Assembly: GCA_028718805.1 (NCBI GenBank) | Contig: JAQUKY010000006.1 | Span: 1,927 to 65,926, forward strand | DNA: 64,000 nucleotides | Direction: 5' to 3' | Source: Candidatus Nanoarchaeia archaeon | GTDB lineage: Archaea; Nanobdellota; Nanobdellia; Pacearchaeales; GW2011-AR1 | Shown: positions 29,363 to 39,052 of the stretch, in pieces | Layout of the letters: every line of letters begins with the position of its first letter | Numbering within the stretch: the first letter of the stretch is position 1 | Translations under genes and position numbers: made by a program | The notes under the pieces: generated by a model | Seen by the model: the letters and a program-made list of their open reading frames with translations, nothing else | What the model was told of the DNA's origin: nothing | Database searches by the model: none

Positions 29363-31534
29363 ATGGACAAAGATGTTGATGAAATCCTGAAAAAATATTC
29401 CAGGAAAATAGAAGAAGAGATTAATAACCCTTACGCAAACACTAATGCGAGCGGGGGTCAAGGGGATAGTAATATTGAAGGTTCAAAAGATTATCTGCAA
29501 TTTAAACAGGATATGATGCCAGAATTATCTAAATATGAAAGATGGGCGAGAGGTTTAGGGAATTTTGTTAAAATCAAACTTGCTATTAAAGACGAAGAGA
29601 AAATAAGAAAACAATTGGAAACAGCTCACCTGGAAGCAAGTCCGAGCGAGGTTGCGGGCTTGGCTATTATCAGTTTTTTAATTACTTTTTTTGTTGGTAT
29701 TTTAATAAGTTTTGCAGCCTGGTTATTGGGGTTTGGCTTTCCATTTTTATTTTTATTTTTGATGTTTGTAGCATCTTTCTTTTTATTTTATTATTTTTAT
29801 ACAATGCCAAGCAGGTTGGCTGTAAAATGGAGATTAAAAGCAGGAAGCCAGATGGTTCCTGCTATTTTGTATACTGTTGTTTATATGAAACACACCAGCA
29901 ATTTGGAAAGAGCAATTAGTTTTGTTGCACAGCATATTGACCCGCCCCTTGCTTTGGATTTGAAAAAAGTTATATGGGATGTTGAAACAGGAAAATATTC
30001 GAATATTAAGGATAGTTTAGATGTTTATCTTGATTCTTGGAGAGAAAACAGCATGGAGTTTGTTGAAAGTTTTCACTTAATTGAATCAAGTTTGTATGAG
30101 CCAGAGGAAGTAAGAAGAGTTGAGATCTTGGAAAGGGCATTAAGAGTTATTTTAGACGGAGTTTATGAAAAAATGCTGAAATATACCCATGAGATTAAAT
30201 CTCCTTTGACTAATTTGTATATGCTTGGGATTGTGTTGCCTACTCTTGGTCTGGCTTTGCTTCCATTAGCATCTACTCTTTTAACAGGCATGATTAAATG
30301 GAGCCATGTCTTTGTTTTATTTAATTTAATAATTCCTTTTTTTGTGTTTTATTTAACTGCTAATGTAATGATGAGAAGACCAGGAGGACACGGAGAAAGC
30401 AGTTTATTAGAAAGAAATCCTCTTTATTATCAGTATGTTAATAAGGGTGTTTATGTTAAGGCAGGATTAATTTGTCTGCCTTTTTTATTGCTTGGGCTTC
30501 TCCCTTTGTATTATCCTTATCTTGCAAATTTAGTTGGCTGGCAAACAGATATTCCACTGTCAAGCATTGGGATGGGATTATTTGGAACAGGTGATTTTTT
30601 TGGTTATATAAAAGGAAACGGACCTTTTGGTTTTGGAGCATTAATACTCAGCTTATTTGTTCCTTTTTCTATTGCGATGTTTTTTGCACTTTCATTTTCA
30701 CTTAGGACAAAAGAATTAATTAAGACAAGAGATCAGTCAAGAGAATTAGAAAAGGAGTTTAATAATTCTCTGTTTAGCTTGGCAAATAGATTGGGAGATG
30801 GGACTCCTGCTGAACTTGCTTTTTCAAAAGTTGCAGAATCAAGCAAAGGACAGAAGACAGAGAATTTCTTCAGAATTGTCCATACAAACATACAATCTAT
30901 GGGGATGGGATTAGAAGAAGCTATTTTTAGTCCAAAGAGAGGAGCATTAGTTTATTATCCTTCAAATTTAATTGCAATAAGCATGAGGATTCTAATAGAG
31001 TCTGTTAAAAAAGGATTAAAAGTAGCTGCACAAAGCTTGATGTCAATTTCAGAATACGTTAGGAATATTGAGAAAATAAATGAAAGGTTAAGGGATTTAT
31101 TGGCAGATGTTGTAAGTGATATGAAGAGTAATATGACTTTTTTAGCTCCCTTACTGGCAGGAATTGTTGTTGGCCTTGCTGCAATGATTACTGGAATTTT
31201 AGGGCAGTTAAATGCAATGGTTGGAGAAGGGTTAGGAGAAACCTCAATTGCAGATTTTGGAAATGTATTGAGTATAACTAGTCTTTTTGATATAGTTTAT
31301 ATGATTCCTCCTTATTTTATGCAGGTTGCAATTGGTATCTATATTGTGGAGATAATTTTTATTTTAACAGGAACATTGGTTGTTGTTGATGCAGGTGAAG
31401 ATAAATTAAGAAAAACTCATGAAATTGGCAGGAATCTGATAAGAGGAAGCATATTATATCTGATAACTGCCTTAATTTCAATAGTTGCTTTATCTTTATT
31501 AGCCAGTGTTGCTTTAGGTGGATTGGCTGGATAA
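29363..31534 (+). CDS. Type IV pilus membrane platform protein (fused TadB/TadC, ArlJ-like)
   Basis: Two T2SSF-like cytoplasmic domains each followed by TM segments; downstream of the ATPase, upstream of the pilins. Confidence 0.8.
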   Translation: MDKDVDEILKKYSRKIEEEINNPYANTNASGGQGDSNIEGSKDYLQFKQDMMPELSKYERWARGLGNFVKIKLAIKDEEKIRKQLETAHLEASPSEVAGLAIISFLITFFVGILISFAAWLLGFGFPFLFLFLMFVASFFLFYYFYTMPSRLAVKWRLKAGSQMVPAILYTVVYMKHTSNLERAISFVAQHIDPPLALDLKKVIWDVETGKYSNIKDSLDVYLDSWRENSMEFVESFHLIESSLYEPEEVRRVEILERALRVILDGVYEKMLKYTHEIKSPLTNLYMLGIVLPTLGLALLPLASTLLTGMIKWSHVFVLFNLIIPFFVFYLTANVMMRRPGGHGESSLLERNPLYYQYVNKGVYVKAGLICLPFLLLGLLPLYYPYLANLVGWQTDIPLSSIGMGLFGTGDFFGYIKGNGPFGFGALILSLFVPFSIAMFFALSFSLRTKELIKTRDQSRELEKEFNNSLFSLANRLGDGTPAELAFSKVAESSKGQKTENFFRIVHTNIQSMGMGLEEAIFSPKRGALVYYPSNLIAISMRILIESVKKGLKVAAQSLMSISEYVRNIEKINERLRDLLADVVSDMKSNMTFLAPLLAGIVVGLAAMITGILGQLNAMVGEGLGETSIADFGNVLSITSLFDIVYMIPPYFMQVAIGIYIVEIIFILTGTLVVVDAGEDKLRKTHEIGRNLIRGSILYLITALISIVALSLLASVALGGLAG

Positions 31535-31737
31535 TTCGATATTATACCAGTGCACAAAACAGTGATAAATAGCAGTATCTATAAATTTATGAAGCCCGTA
31601 TTTGTCTGTCGGGTCTTCTATTTTTTTGATAACCTCCTCTAGTTTTTTTAAAGGATTTTCTTCAGCTTTATAATTTTCCGAATCCACATTATTAATATTT
31701 TAGTTAAGTTTATTAATATTTATTCTGTGAGATATAT

Positions 31738-31899
31738 ATGAAAAAAGAGGATAAGAAAGGAATTGCTATTGAAGGCTTAGTTTGGTGGATAATTGCAGTT
31801 GCAGTGCTTGTTATCATAGTTATTTTAGCAGTTGTTTTAAGGGATAAATTAGGAGGAATTGCAGGATATTTGAAAAGTCTTTTTAGATTTAGAAGTTAA
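31738..31899 (+). CDS. Micro-pilin (53 aa) with class III signal peptide, not in ORF track
   Basis: MKKEDKKG|IAIEGLVWWIIAVAVLVIIVILAVVL. Confidence 0.8.
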   Translation: MKKEDKKGIAIEGLVWWIIAVAVLVIIVILAVVLRDKLGGIAGYLKSLFRFRS

Positions 31900-32046
31900 A
31901 ATTAAATTGGTGATAAAAATATTGAACGGGTAATAAATAAACACGAGTTAAGGCGTATGAGAGATGCTTAAGCTATCAAATCAGAACTTAATGAAAACTC
32001 AAAACCCCCAGAATCATTTAATAAATTACTGATAAAAAAATAAAAA

Positions 32047-32478
32047 ATGGAATTAACAACAGAAAATATAATCAAGATAGCATTAGGGGTTTTTGTCATA
32101 GTCATGCTTATTTTAGGAATATATCTTGCAATGAGATCTTACATAATCCCTTATTTTTCTGGGATTGGTTTTGAAGAGCCAAAAGTAGATATTAACAGCC
32201 AGTTTGGAAAAGAATTAGTCCAGGAAAAGAATTTGGTTGGAACAGTTGATGAAAAAGGTTATTTTGTCTATAAGGGAGTCAAGACAGAGATTTATTTTCA
32301 AAAAGATAAGATTTATGTGAAAGAGTATGGCGTGTTTAATTGGGACTGGACTAATCCGGACGAGGAGATTGGAAAATTAGACAGTGAAGGAAAAATTACA
32401 ATTAAGATAAATTCCCAGTACTCAGATAATTTAAAAGAGGCATATAAAGTTGGAAAAGAGATTTATAAAATAAAATGA
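32047..32478 (+). CDS. Pilin-like protein without basic leader
   Basis: Starts MELTTENIIKIALGVFVIVMLILG; in-frame TAA two codons upstream. Confidence 0.65.
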   Translation: MELTTENIIKIALGVFVIVMLILGIYLAMRSYIIPYFSGIGFEEPKVDINSQFGKELVQEKNLVGTVDEKGYFVYKGVKTEIYFQKDKIYVKEYGVFNWDWTNPDEEIGKLDSEGKITIKINSQYSDNLKEAYKVGKEIYKIK

Positions 32479-32963
32479 ATAAAAAAGGAGAGTTTATGCT
32501 TGGAGAGTATACTTTAAAAGTTATAATTGCGGTTTTGTGCATACTCCTTTTATTGTATATGCTTTTTAATTTTTATTCTAGTTTTACAGATAAAAAAAAT
32601 TTTGCAAGAGCAGAAGCTACGCTTAATTCTTTAAGTGAAAAGATGATTGATGCAAAAAATGCACAAGATACTGCTGTTTCTCTGCCTTTATTAGAGCCCA
32701 ATGGATGGAGATTGATAAGTTATTCAGAAGCAGAGAAACCAAAACAATGCACACGAAATTGCATATGCTTATGCGAAGATGTTAATTGGAAGGACAGAGC
32801 TCAGTTTTGGGGTGGAACTACTCAATTAGATAAATGTGAAATGAGAGGGGCTTGCAAGAATTTTGAAGAGAAAATTAATGATTTTAATATTAAAATAAGA
32901 ATAGATGTTAATGTCGAATATAAAAATAGAGGATATCTAATAAGTGAGAAAGAAGTTAGTTAA
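32475..32963 (+). CDS. Pilin-like protein, class III signal peptide
   Basis: MNKKG|EFMLGEYTLKVIIAVLCILLLLY; Cys-rich domain. Confidence 0.8.
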   Translation: MNKKGEFMLGEYTLKVIIAVLCILLLLYMLFNFYSSFTDKKNFARAEATLNSLSEKMIDAKNAQDTAVSLPLLEPNGWRLISYSEAEKPKQCTRNCICLCEDVNWKDRAQFWGGTTQLDKCEMRGACKNFEEKINDFNIKIRIDVNVEYKNRGYLISEKEVS

Positions 32964-33029
32964 TAATAAGATAAATCAGAAATAAATAAAGATGTAATAA
33001 AGAGGATTAAGAAGCTTAAAGGGTTAAAA

Positions 33030-33146
33030 ATGAAAAACAAAAAAGCAGATATGGAAGAATTAATGAAGATAATCTTATGGATTATATTTTTTGGAATGGT
33101 TTTATTAGCTTTATATTTTTTATTTAAAAGATTTGGAGTAATGTGA
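33030..33146 (+). CDS. Micro-pilin (38 aa) with class III signal peptide, not in ORF track
   Basis: MKNKKA|DMEELMKIILWIIFFGMVLLALYFLFKRFGVM; stop abuts the next ATG. Confidence 0.75.
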   Translation: MKNKKADMEELMKIILWIIFFGMVLLALYFLFKRFGVM

Positions 33147-33147
33147 A

Positions 33148-34035
33148 ATGAAAATAACAAAAAGAGCAGAGTTAACGTCAAATCAGTTGATCACAATTAT
33201 AATTTTAATTATAAGTTTTGCTATTATTTTAGCTTTCTTTTTTATATTAAATTTGCATTCAACAATAGACAAAGAAACTTGCAGAAATTCTGTTATAACT
33301 AGGGGAGCTTTGCCAATGGGAAAAGATGCTGTTCAGTTAAAGTGTAAAACTCAAGATGTTTGTTTAAGCATGGGAGGGGATTGTAATGTGCAGAGAAAAG
33401 ACATGGTTACAGTTAAGGTTAGTGATGAAAGCGAGTTAACCAAGGAAATGGTTAATTTGTTATGGGACTGCTGGTGGATGATGGGAGAAGGGAAAGTAGA
33501 TTATATGTCCAGTGGAATGGGTTTTGATGAAACTTATTGTTCAATCTGTAATAAAATTTATTTTGACTCGAAAATTAAAGAAAAATATAAGGATGGAATT
33601 ACTTACAGTTTAATATACAGATATATGCAGTCAACTAAGATACCTGATAAAGATGAAACTTATTTATTTAGTATTTATAAGGTCAACTCATTAGACTCTG
33701 TGAGGAATGGTTTGTTAGAGGGGAAAAATCCTGTTGATATTTATGCTTATAAGATAGACCCATCAAAAGAATATGTTAGTGTTACTGCTATGATTAAAAC
33801 AACAAGCAACTGGGAGATAGCAGGTACTACTATAGGAGGTTTAATTGGAACAGTTGTTGGTTTTTCTGTTCCGGGTTCTCATTGGGTTACTGTGCCTGCC
33901 GGGATAAGTATAGGATCTTCTGTAGGTATGTGGCTTGGGCCTGCAGATATAAAATATATGGTACCAAAATATTTAGAATTTAATGGAAAAGAACTGGAAG
34001 CACTTAACTGCAAGGAATATGTTTCTGAGGGATAA
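33148..34035 (+). CDS. Larger pilin-like protein with C-terminal Gly-rich hydrophobic segment
   Basis: MKITKRA|ELTSNQLITIIILIISF; IGGLIGTVVG...GISIGSSVG. Confidence 0.8.
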   Translation: MKITKRAELTSNQLITIIILIISFAIILAFFFILNLHSTIDKETCRNSVITRGALPMGKDAVQLKCKTQDVCLSMGGDCNVQRKDMVTVKVSDESELTKEMVNLLWDCWWMMGEGKVDYMSSGMGFDETYCSICNKIYFDSKIKEKYKDGITYSLIYRYMQSTKIPDKDETYLFSIYKVNSLDSVRNGLLEGKNPVDIYAYKIDPSKEYVSVTAMIKTTSNWEIAGTTIGGLIGTVVGFSVPGSHWVTVPAGISIGSSVGMWLGPADIKYMVPKYLEFNGKELEALNCKEYVSEG

Positions 34036-34055
34036 AGGGGTTTTGATAAAATAAA

Positions 34056-34433
34056 ATGTTAAGAAAAAATAAAAAAGCAGAATTATTACAGGAAAATGTT
34101 ATTTTTATTGTTTTAAATGTAGCTTTTTTTTCAATTATGATTTTGTTTTTGTATCTGCAATCTTCTTCAATCCACATAAAAGAAGAAGAGACCGCTAAGC
34201 AAATTGCATTATTAATTGATGCAAGTAAGCCTGGAAGCGAGATTGAATTGAATTTGGAAAATTTTTTTGAAAAAATAAAAATAAACAAAGAAAGGTCAAT
34301 TACCATAGATAACAACAAAAATATAGTTGTTGTAAGAGGAACTGAAAATAGTCTTTATGAGTATTCTTATTTTAATGAGGTTAATGTTGAGTACAATCTC
34401 AAGGAAAATAAACTGATTTTGATTGTAAAATAA
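34056..34433 (+). CDS. Pilin-like protein, class III signal peptide
   Basis: MLRKNKKA|ELLQENVIFIVLNVAFFSIMILFLY. Confidence 0.8.
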   Translation: MLRKNKKAELLQENVIFIVLNVAFFSIMILFLYLQSSSIHIKEEETAKQIALLIDASKPGSEIELNLENFFEKIKINKERSITIDNNKNIVVVRGTENSLYEYSYFNEVNVEYNLKENKLILIVK

Positions 34434-34554
34434 AATGGGAAATAAACCAATAATAAATAAAAAACGATATAAGATATGGCAATTGAGACTAGGTCATTGA
34501 TGATTGCTTCATATTAAAATCGTTCAATAAATTACTGATAAAGAACACAAAAAT

Positions 34555-35085
34555 ATGTTAATGAAAAACAAAAAAGCAGATGAAAGAGTTTTAAGCATAT
34601 ACCTATTTTTAATTTATATCATAGTCTGCATTGGGATTGTTTCAGGAGTTGTATTATTTTTTGGTTCGGGGCTTGATGTTAGAGTTGCTGAAGCAGGGGT
34701 TTTAAGCGATAAGGTTATTGGTTGTTTAACAGAACAGGGAAAATTAAATGAAAATGTTTTGAAAGACGATTTTGATTTATTAAAATCATGTAATTTTAAT
34801 TTTAAAGATAATTCTGAGGCGTATAAAGAAGATGAACAGTATGGGGTAAGAGTTGAGTTATATAATTTTGATTCCTGCATTAAAGAAGGAGAACCAAAAG
34901 TTATAAACTGCTCAAATGAGGTTAAAAGAATAGAATCAGGAAGAGAGGATTATCTGGAGTTTTGCGGATTGAGTGGAGATAAAATTCCTAAATGTGATAT
35001 AAAAGAGGCATATCTTTTATCTAATAGAACCCGGGTTTTTATGAGGGTTACGAGTTCAGTCGGAAAGGTAAACAAGAATATTTAA
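34555..35085 (+). CDS. Pilin-like protein, class III signal peptide
   Basis: MLMKNKKA|DERVLSIYLFLIYIIVCIGIVSGVVLFF. Confidence 0.8.
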   Translation: MLMKNKKADERVLSIYLFLIYIIVCIGIVSGVVLFFGSGLDVRVAEAGVLSDKVIGCLTEQGKLNENVLKDDFDLLKSCNFNFKDNSEAYKEDEQYGVRVELYNFDSCIKEGEPKVINCSNEVKRIESGREDYLEFCGLSGDKIPKCDIKEAYLLSNRTRVFMRVTSSVGKVNKNI

Positions 35086-35086
35086 A

Positions 35087-35530
35087 ATGAAAAATAAAAA
35101 TGCAGTTATTGGGGCAACAATGACTTGGGTAGTTGCAACTATGATAATTTTAGTTGTTGTTATTGTTTTTATTTATTCATCTTATGCACTTGCAAAAGAA
35201 AAGAAGATTATTGGTTTTAGTCCCTTAACTTTAGAAGGCGAGCAGTCTTCAAGCATAGATTCAGAGCAGATCTTGTTAGCTTTAATGGAAACAGAATTAG
35301 ATGAGAAAAAAGTAAAAGATTATGTTTCGGCCGGGAATTATGAGGTTTTAAAAGAGAAAATAACCCCTCTTTTAGATGGAATGTCCAATAAAGATAACTG
35401 GAACATGTATATTTATGATTCAAATAAGATTATTAAAATTAAGGGAAATGAACTAGCCAGAACATCAAAATCCTCAATTGTTTTTATTGGAAACAAAAAA
35501 GTTAAATTATTTTCAGATTTAACAGGTTAG
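35087..35530 (+). CDS. Pilin-like protein, class III signal peptide
   Basis: MKNKNA|VIGATMTWVVATMIILVVVIVFI. Confidence 0.8.
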   Translation: MKNKNAVIGATMTWVVATMIILVVVIVFIYSSYALAKEKKIIGFSPLTLEGEQSSSIDSEQILLALMETELDEKKVKDYVSAGNYEVLKEKITPLLDGMSNKDNWNMYIYDSNKIIKIKGNELARTSKSSIVFIGNKKVKLFSDLTG

Positions 35531-35672
35531 AGAGGTAAAATCATTGATAAATAAAACGAAAATCAATAATAACAAAAACTAATGCGCCATGGATGAAAAG
35601 AGTAAGCTTAATCAATTCATCTGCAAGGCGGATAAGTTATGGGGTTATTGAGACAATAAACAATAAATAAAG

Positions 35673-35960
35673 ATGAAAAACAAAAAAGCAGATATTGCAA
35701 TAACCATATTAGTAACAGGAGTCATAGCTCTCTGTATTTTAGCATTATTAATTTTTTATGTCTCTGAAAAAAGACAGGAATCAGAGGGGATTAATTCATT
35801 TTTTTATTTGCAGGAAGTTTATAATCAGGCTGAATCTGCGAGATACTCAGGAGAGGATAATATTGATAATTATGAAAATGTCAGGTATGATAGTGGATTT
35901 GTAGTGGAAAAAGAGTTCCTGGATGGAAATTTAAAGGTAAGATACACCCTTAATCCGTAA
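35673..35960 (+). CDS. Pilin-like protein, class III signal peptide
   Basis: MKNKKA|DIAITILVTGVIALCILALLIF. Confidence 0.8.
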   Translation: MKNKKADIAITILVTGVIALCILALLIFYVSEKRQESEGINSFFYLQEVYNQAESARYSGEDNIDNYENVRYDSGFVVEKEFLDGNLKVRYTLNP

Positions 35961-36002
35961 AAACATTTAAAAAGTATAGTTAATTAATTTATACAAGAAA
36001 AG

Positions 36003-36455
36003 ATGGTGAATAAAAAAGCTCAGGAGATGTCAGTAACCGCGATTATCCTTATTGTCTTGGGAGTGTTTGTCTTAGTTGTTCTTATACTTGGATTTACAAT
36101 TGGTTGGGATAAACTAAAAGAATTGATTATGCCTAGCAATAATATTGCTTCTATTAAAGATTCCTGCAAAATAGCCTGCGCAACTGACCAGACATATAAC
36201 TATTGTTCTGAAAAAAGAGAATTAAAATCTAAAGAAGAAAATTTAAAAGATGTAACTTGTTATTCACTTAATAAAAAGAAGCCTGTTTATGGAATAGAGG
36301 ATTGTAGTGTTGATTGCGGTATTTATGATGACCTTGCTGAAGCAACAGCTGCATGTGCTGAAGAGGGCGAGGAAATGATGTATCTTGATGGAGTTAATGT
36401 AAAGAGCTATGTCTGTAAACTTGGAGATATTAGTGCTAATTCTCCAATGCCTTAA
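36003..36455 (+). CDS. Pilin-like protein, class III signal peptide, Cys-rich
   Basis: MVNKKA|QEMSVTAIILIVLGVFVLVVLILG. Confidence 0.8.
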   Translation: MVNKKAQEMSVTAIILIVLGVFVLVVLILGFTIGWDKLKELIMPSNNIASIKDSCKIACATDQTYNYCSEKRELKSKEENLKDVTCYSLNKKKPVYGIEDCSVDCGIYDDLAEATAACAEEGEEMMYLDGVNVKSYVCKLGDISANSPMP

Positions 36456-36505
36456 TAAGGTTTAAAAAATATCGTGTTTTATACTTTTGGGAGTTGATTG
36501 TTAAA

Positions 36506-36631
36506 ATGGATTATGCATGTGCTGAAAGAAGAAGAACCAAAAATGATAAAAAGGCTAAAAGAAGATATAATAAATATAAGAAGGGTGGGAAGTGGCGAGC
36601 AGAGAAAAAAGGTAATTCCCTGAATCATTGA
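36506..36631 (+). CDS. Possible small basic peptide (41 aa)
   Basis: MDYACAERRRTKNDKKAKRRYNKYKKGGKWRAEKKGNSLNH; GGGAG upstream. Confidence 0.3.
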   Translation: MDYACAERRRTKNDKKAKRRYNKYKKGGKWRAEKKGNSLNH

Positions 36632-36644
36632 GAGGTTATAACCC

Positions 36645-36656
36645 TGGCGGGGCTAT
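36645..36656 (+). repeat. att-like core TGGCGGGGCTAT, copy 1
   Basis: Exact match; preceded by AGGTTATAACCC, resembling a degenerate T-arm. Confidence 0.9.
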
Positions 36657-36692
36657 CCCCTAGAATGTGATTTTACAGGGCATCCGATTTTT

Positions 36693-37373
36693 TTAGGATG
36701 CAGGTACGGCTTGTTCATTTAGTTCTACTGCTTTTTCTATTAATTTTTTAAAATCCTTTTCAGTTTTATAAAAATCAAGTAGAGGGTCTATGATCCTATT
36801 TACTTCTGGATAAGAGTTTCTAACTTTGTCTAAAGTAATATCAGACCATAATTTACTTAATTCAGGATTAGCAACCATTAAAAGTATGGGGATTGATTCG
36901 TTTACTCCTGTTGATACTGCTTTCGCAGACATTTTCCCTTTTTTGCATACATTAAAATAATGCAAATGAAATAATTCATGAGCGAGTACATATTTCATAA
37001 TTTTTGCAGGCAAAATATTGCTTAAGATCATTTTATTGTATTTTCCATCAAAAATATCTCCTAATCCGGGAACACTCAGGCTAATGTAACATGTATAAGT
37101 TTTATATTTCCAATCAAATCCGGTAAATTCCTTAATCTTTTGGAAATATTCCCCTTCTATATTTTTCCATTCTTTTTTCAATTGCTTTACAAATTCAATA
37201 AATTCTTGTTTTTTATAGCCTTCTTCTATAGCTTTAATTGCAACATCTTTGTCTAGACTTAGTAATCCTAAATGTTCTGGCTTAATTTTTGAAGTCCCAC
37301 AAACTTTGGCAAACTGATGGAGATATTCTAATTCTTTCTCTGTATTTATTTTAAATTTTACAGTTGTTGCCAT
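36693..37373 (-). CDS. Hypothetical zincin-like protein (C1 cargo)
   Basis: AHELFH HExxH motif with downstream NES glutamate. Confidence 0.6.
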   Translation of the reverse strand: MATTVKFKINTEKELEYLHQFAKVCGTSKIKPEHLGLLSLDKDVAIKAIEEGYKKQEFIEFVKQLKKEWKNIEGEYFQKIKEFTGFDWKYKTYTCYISLSVPGLGDIFDGKYNKMILSNILPAKIMKYVLAHELFHLHYFNVCKKGKMSAKAVSTGVNESIPILLMVANPELSKLWSDITLDKVRNSYPEVNRIIDPLLDFYKTEKDFKKLIEKAVELNEQAVPAS

Positions 37374-37446
37374 CTTTTATTAAATAAGGCGCATATTATA
37401 ACCTTTTCTAGGATGCCCATCCTTATCACATTATGGGCTAGTTATC

Positions 37447-37458
37447 TGGCGGGGCTAT
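37447..37458 (+). repeat. att-like core, copy 2
   Basis: Exact TGGCGGGGCTAT. Confidence 0.9.
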
Positions 37459-37485
37459 CTATCATTAGGGTATATTGACGGAACT

Positions 37486-38244
37486 TTATTTTTTTGCGAG
37501 TTTCCACATCATTTGAAAATAAGCTTCGAAAGCTTCTTTTGCATTCCTACTTTTTAAAACAAAAAAAGTCATCTCTTTGGCAAGATTGATTATAACCTTA
37601 TCAGAATAAATGAGGAATATTGCAGGAGTGAGCATATTCTCTGGCATAAACTTAATTTCTACAGGAGGATATCTCTTAAATTCTTTTGCTAAATTTTTAG
37701 CATGATCATTAATAAGAAATTTAGCTTTAATCTTCTTGTCGGATCTTATTTTTTGAAAATAAAGTGCTAGAGGTAAAAACTCTTTTCCAAAATCATAAAC
37801 TCCCATAATATGAACTTCGTCTCCATTATTTAATTCATCAACTAGATTTGTAAATGCAGTCCTTATGCCCCTGTACCCCGAAAAGATAAATGATTCTTTT
37901 TCATCTTCTTTTTCCTGAGAAAAAGCCAAAAGGCTCGGTAAAAGCTCATTTACTTTTTTTTCTTGTTGTTCTATCTCTTTTTTCTTTTCATTAAGAAAAT
38001 TTAATATCATTTTGGGATTTGTTGCTTTGTAATGCTTAACATTTTCTTTTGTAAAATAACTCACTAACCCTTTTTGGATTAGCTTTTCTAAAACTTCGTA
38101 TACTTTAGAGTTAGCGGTTTTTGATTCGTTGATTATTGGCCCAGTTGAGGAAGAACCTAATTTTAGTAAAGAAAGGTACACTTTAATCTCAGACTGGTTT
38201 AATCCAATCTCTTCTAATTGTAATTCTATTTGTGATATGTCCAT
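37486..38244 (-). CDS. TrmB-family transcriptional regulator (C2)
   Basis: IGLNQSEIKVYLSLLKLG wHTH; FQMMWKLAKK end. Confidence 0.85.
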   Translation of the reverse strand: MDISQIELQLEEIGLNQSEIKVYLSLLKLGSSSTGPIINESKTANSKVYEVLEKLIQKGLVSYFTKENVKHYKATNPKMILNFLNEKKKEIEQQEKKVNELLPSLLAFSQEKEDEKESFIFSGYRGIRTAFTNLVDELNNGDEVHIMGVYDFGKEFLPLALYFQKIRSDKKIKAKFLINDHAKNLAKEFKRYPPVEIKFMPENMLTPAIFLIYSDKVIINLAKEMTFFVLKSRNAKEAFEAYFQMMWKLAKK

Positions 38245-38366
38245 AGATAAGTATCTTGTTATTGATATATAAACCTTTTCTTATTACCCCTACCTAAGGA
38301 GGGGATAATATATAAAAAGAAGGAGGTTGTTACTGTATCATAATAAATAAAACAGACAAAAACAAA

Positions 38367-39029
38367 ATGACAAGAGGAATACAAATATTGAAAGAAAATT
38401 ACGGAATGCCTTATGTACTTTTGAAAACATTCTACCAAGTTGGAGAAGGAATGCCAACAAGAGTTACTATCCATGGAAAATATAACATCCAAAATGAAAA
38501 GATAATTATTCCAAAGCCATTCTATGACTTACATGAGGATATTCTTAGAAGAGATGTTAAACCTAAAATTGCAGATTCTATCATAAAAAAAGGTTTCAAT
38601 GTTGCAACAGGGTTGGATGTATATGCTAAGCTTTACTTTATGTCTGAAACAATGAGTGGTAGTTTTCCAATGAATAGTTCTTATGTAATAAAACTGAATG
38701 AAGTTAAGGGATTGGGATTTCTTACAGAAGAAGGATATGCTGGAATGTTTAAAGAAGGTGCATTTACCTGGAGATTTGATAAAGAACATGTTGAGTATAT
38801 TGGAAAATCTTTAAACTTGCTTGATGAAAATTCAAGGGATAAATGGCCCGATTACAGGAGAATTGTTGAATTGCAAGAAAATTTGAAAAAGAGCGATTAT
38901 AAAGCACATGATTTACATAAAGATTTGTCTAATTTAACAACTAAAACCTCTATTCCCTCAAGAATTATAAGATTAGGAGACAATTCTGATTTAGCAAGCA
39001 GAGGACAGCTAGGCATATTCTCTTTTTAA
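38367..39029 (+). CDS. Hypothetical protein (C2 cargo)
   Basis: 220-aa ORF divergent from trmB. Confidence 0.6.
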   Translation: MTRGIQILKENYGMPYVLLKTFYQVGEGMPTRVTIHGKYNIQNEKIIIPKPFYDLHEDILRRDVKPKIADSIIKKGFNVATGLDVYAKLYFMSETMSGSFPMNSSYVIKLNEVKGLGFLTEEGYAGMFKEGAFTWRFDKEHVEYIGKSLNLLDENSRDKWPDYRRIVELQENLKKSDYKAHDLHKDLSNLTTKTSIPSRIIRLGDNSDLASRGQLGIFSF

Positions 39030-39052
39030 CTTATAGTCTATAAAATTAAATA

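Larger units (their letters stand above)
36645..37458. mobile_element. Cassette C1 (one gene; inverted repeats AATGTGAT-N6-GGGCATCC)
   Basis: Inverted repeats at 36664-36685 and 37411-37432; cores at both ends. Confidence 0.75.

Noticed and set aside
31518-31690. Minus-strand GTG ORF between tadC and the first pilin
   Set aside because: About 57 aa, no RBS or motif, and it overlaps the tadC end.
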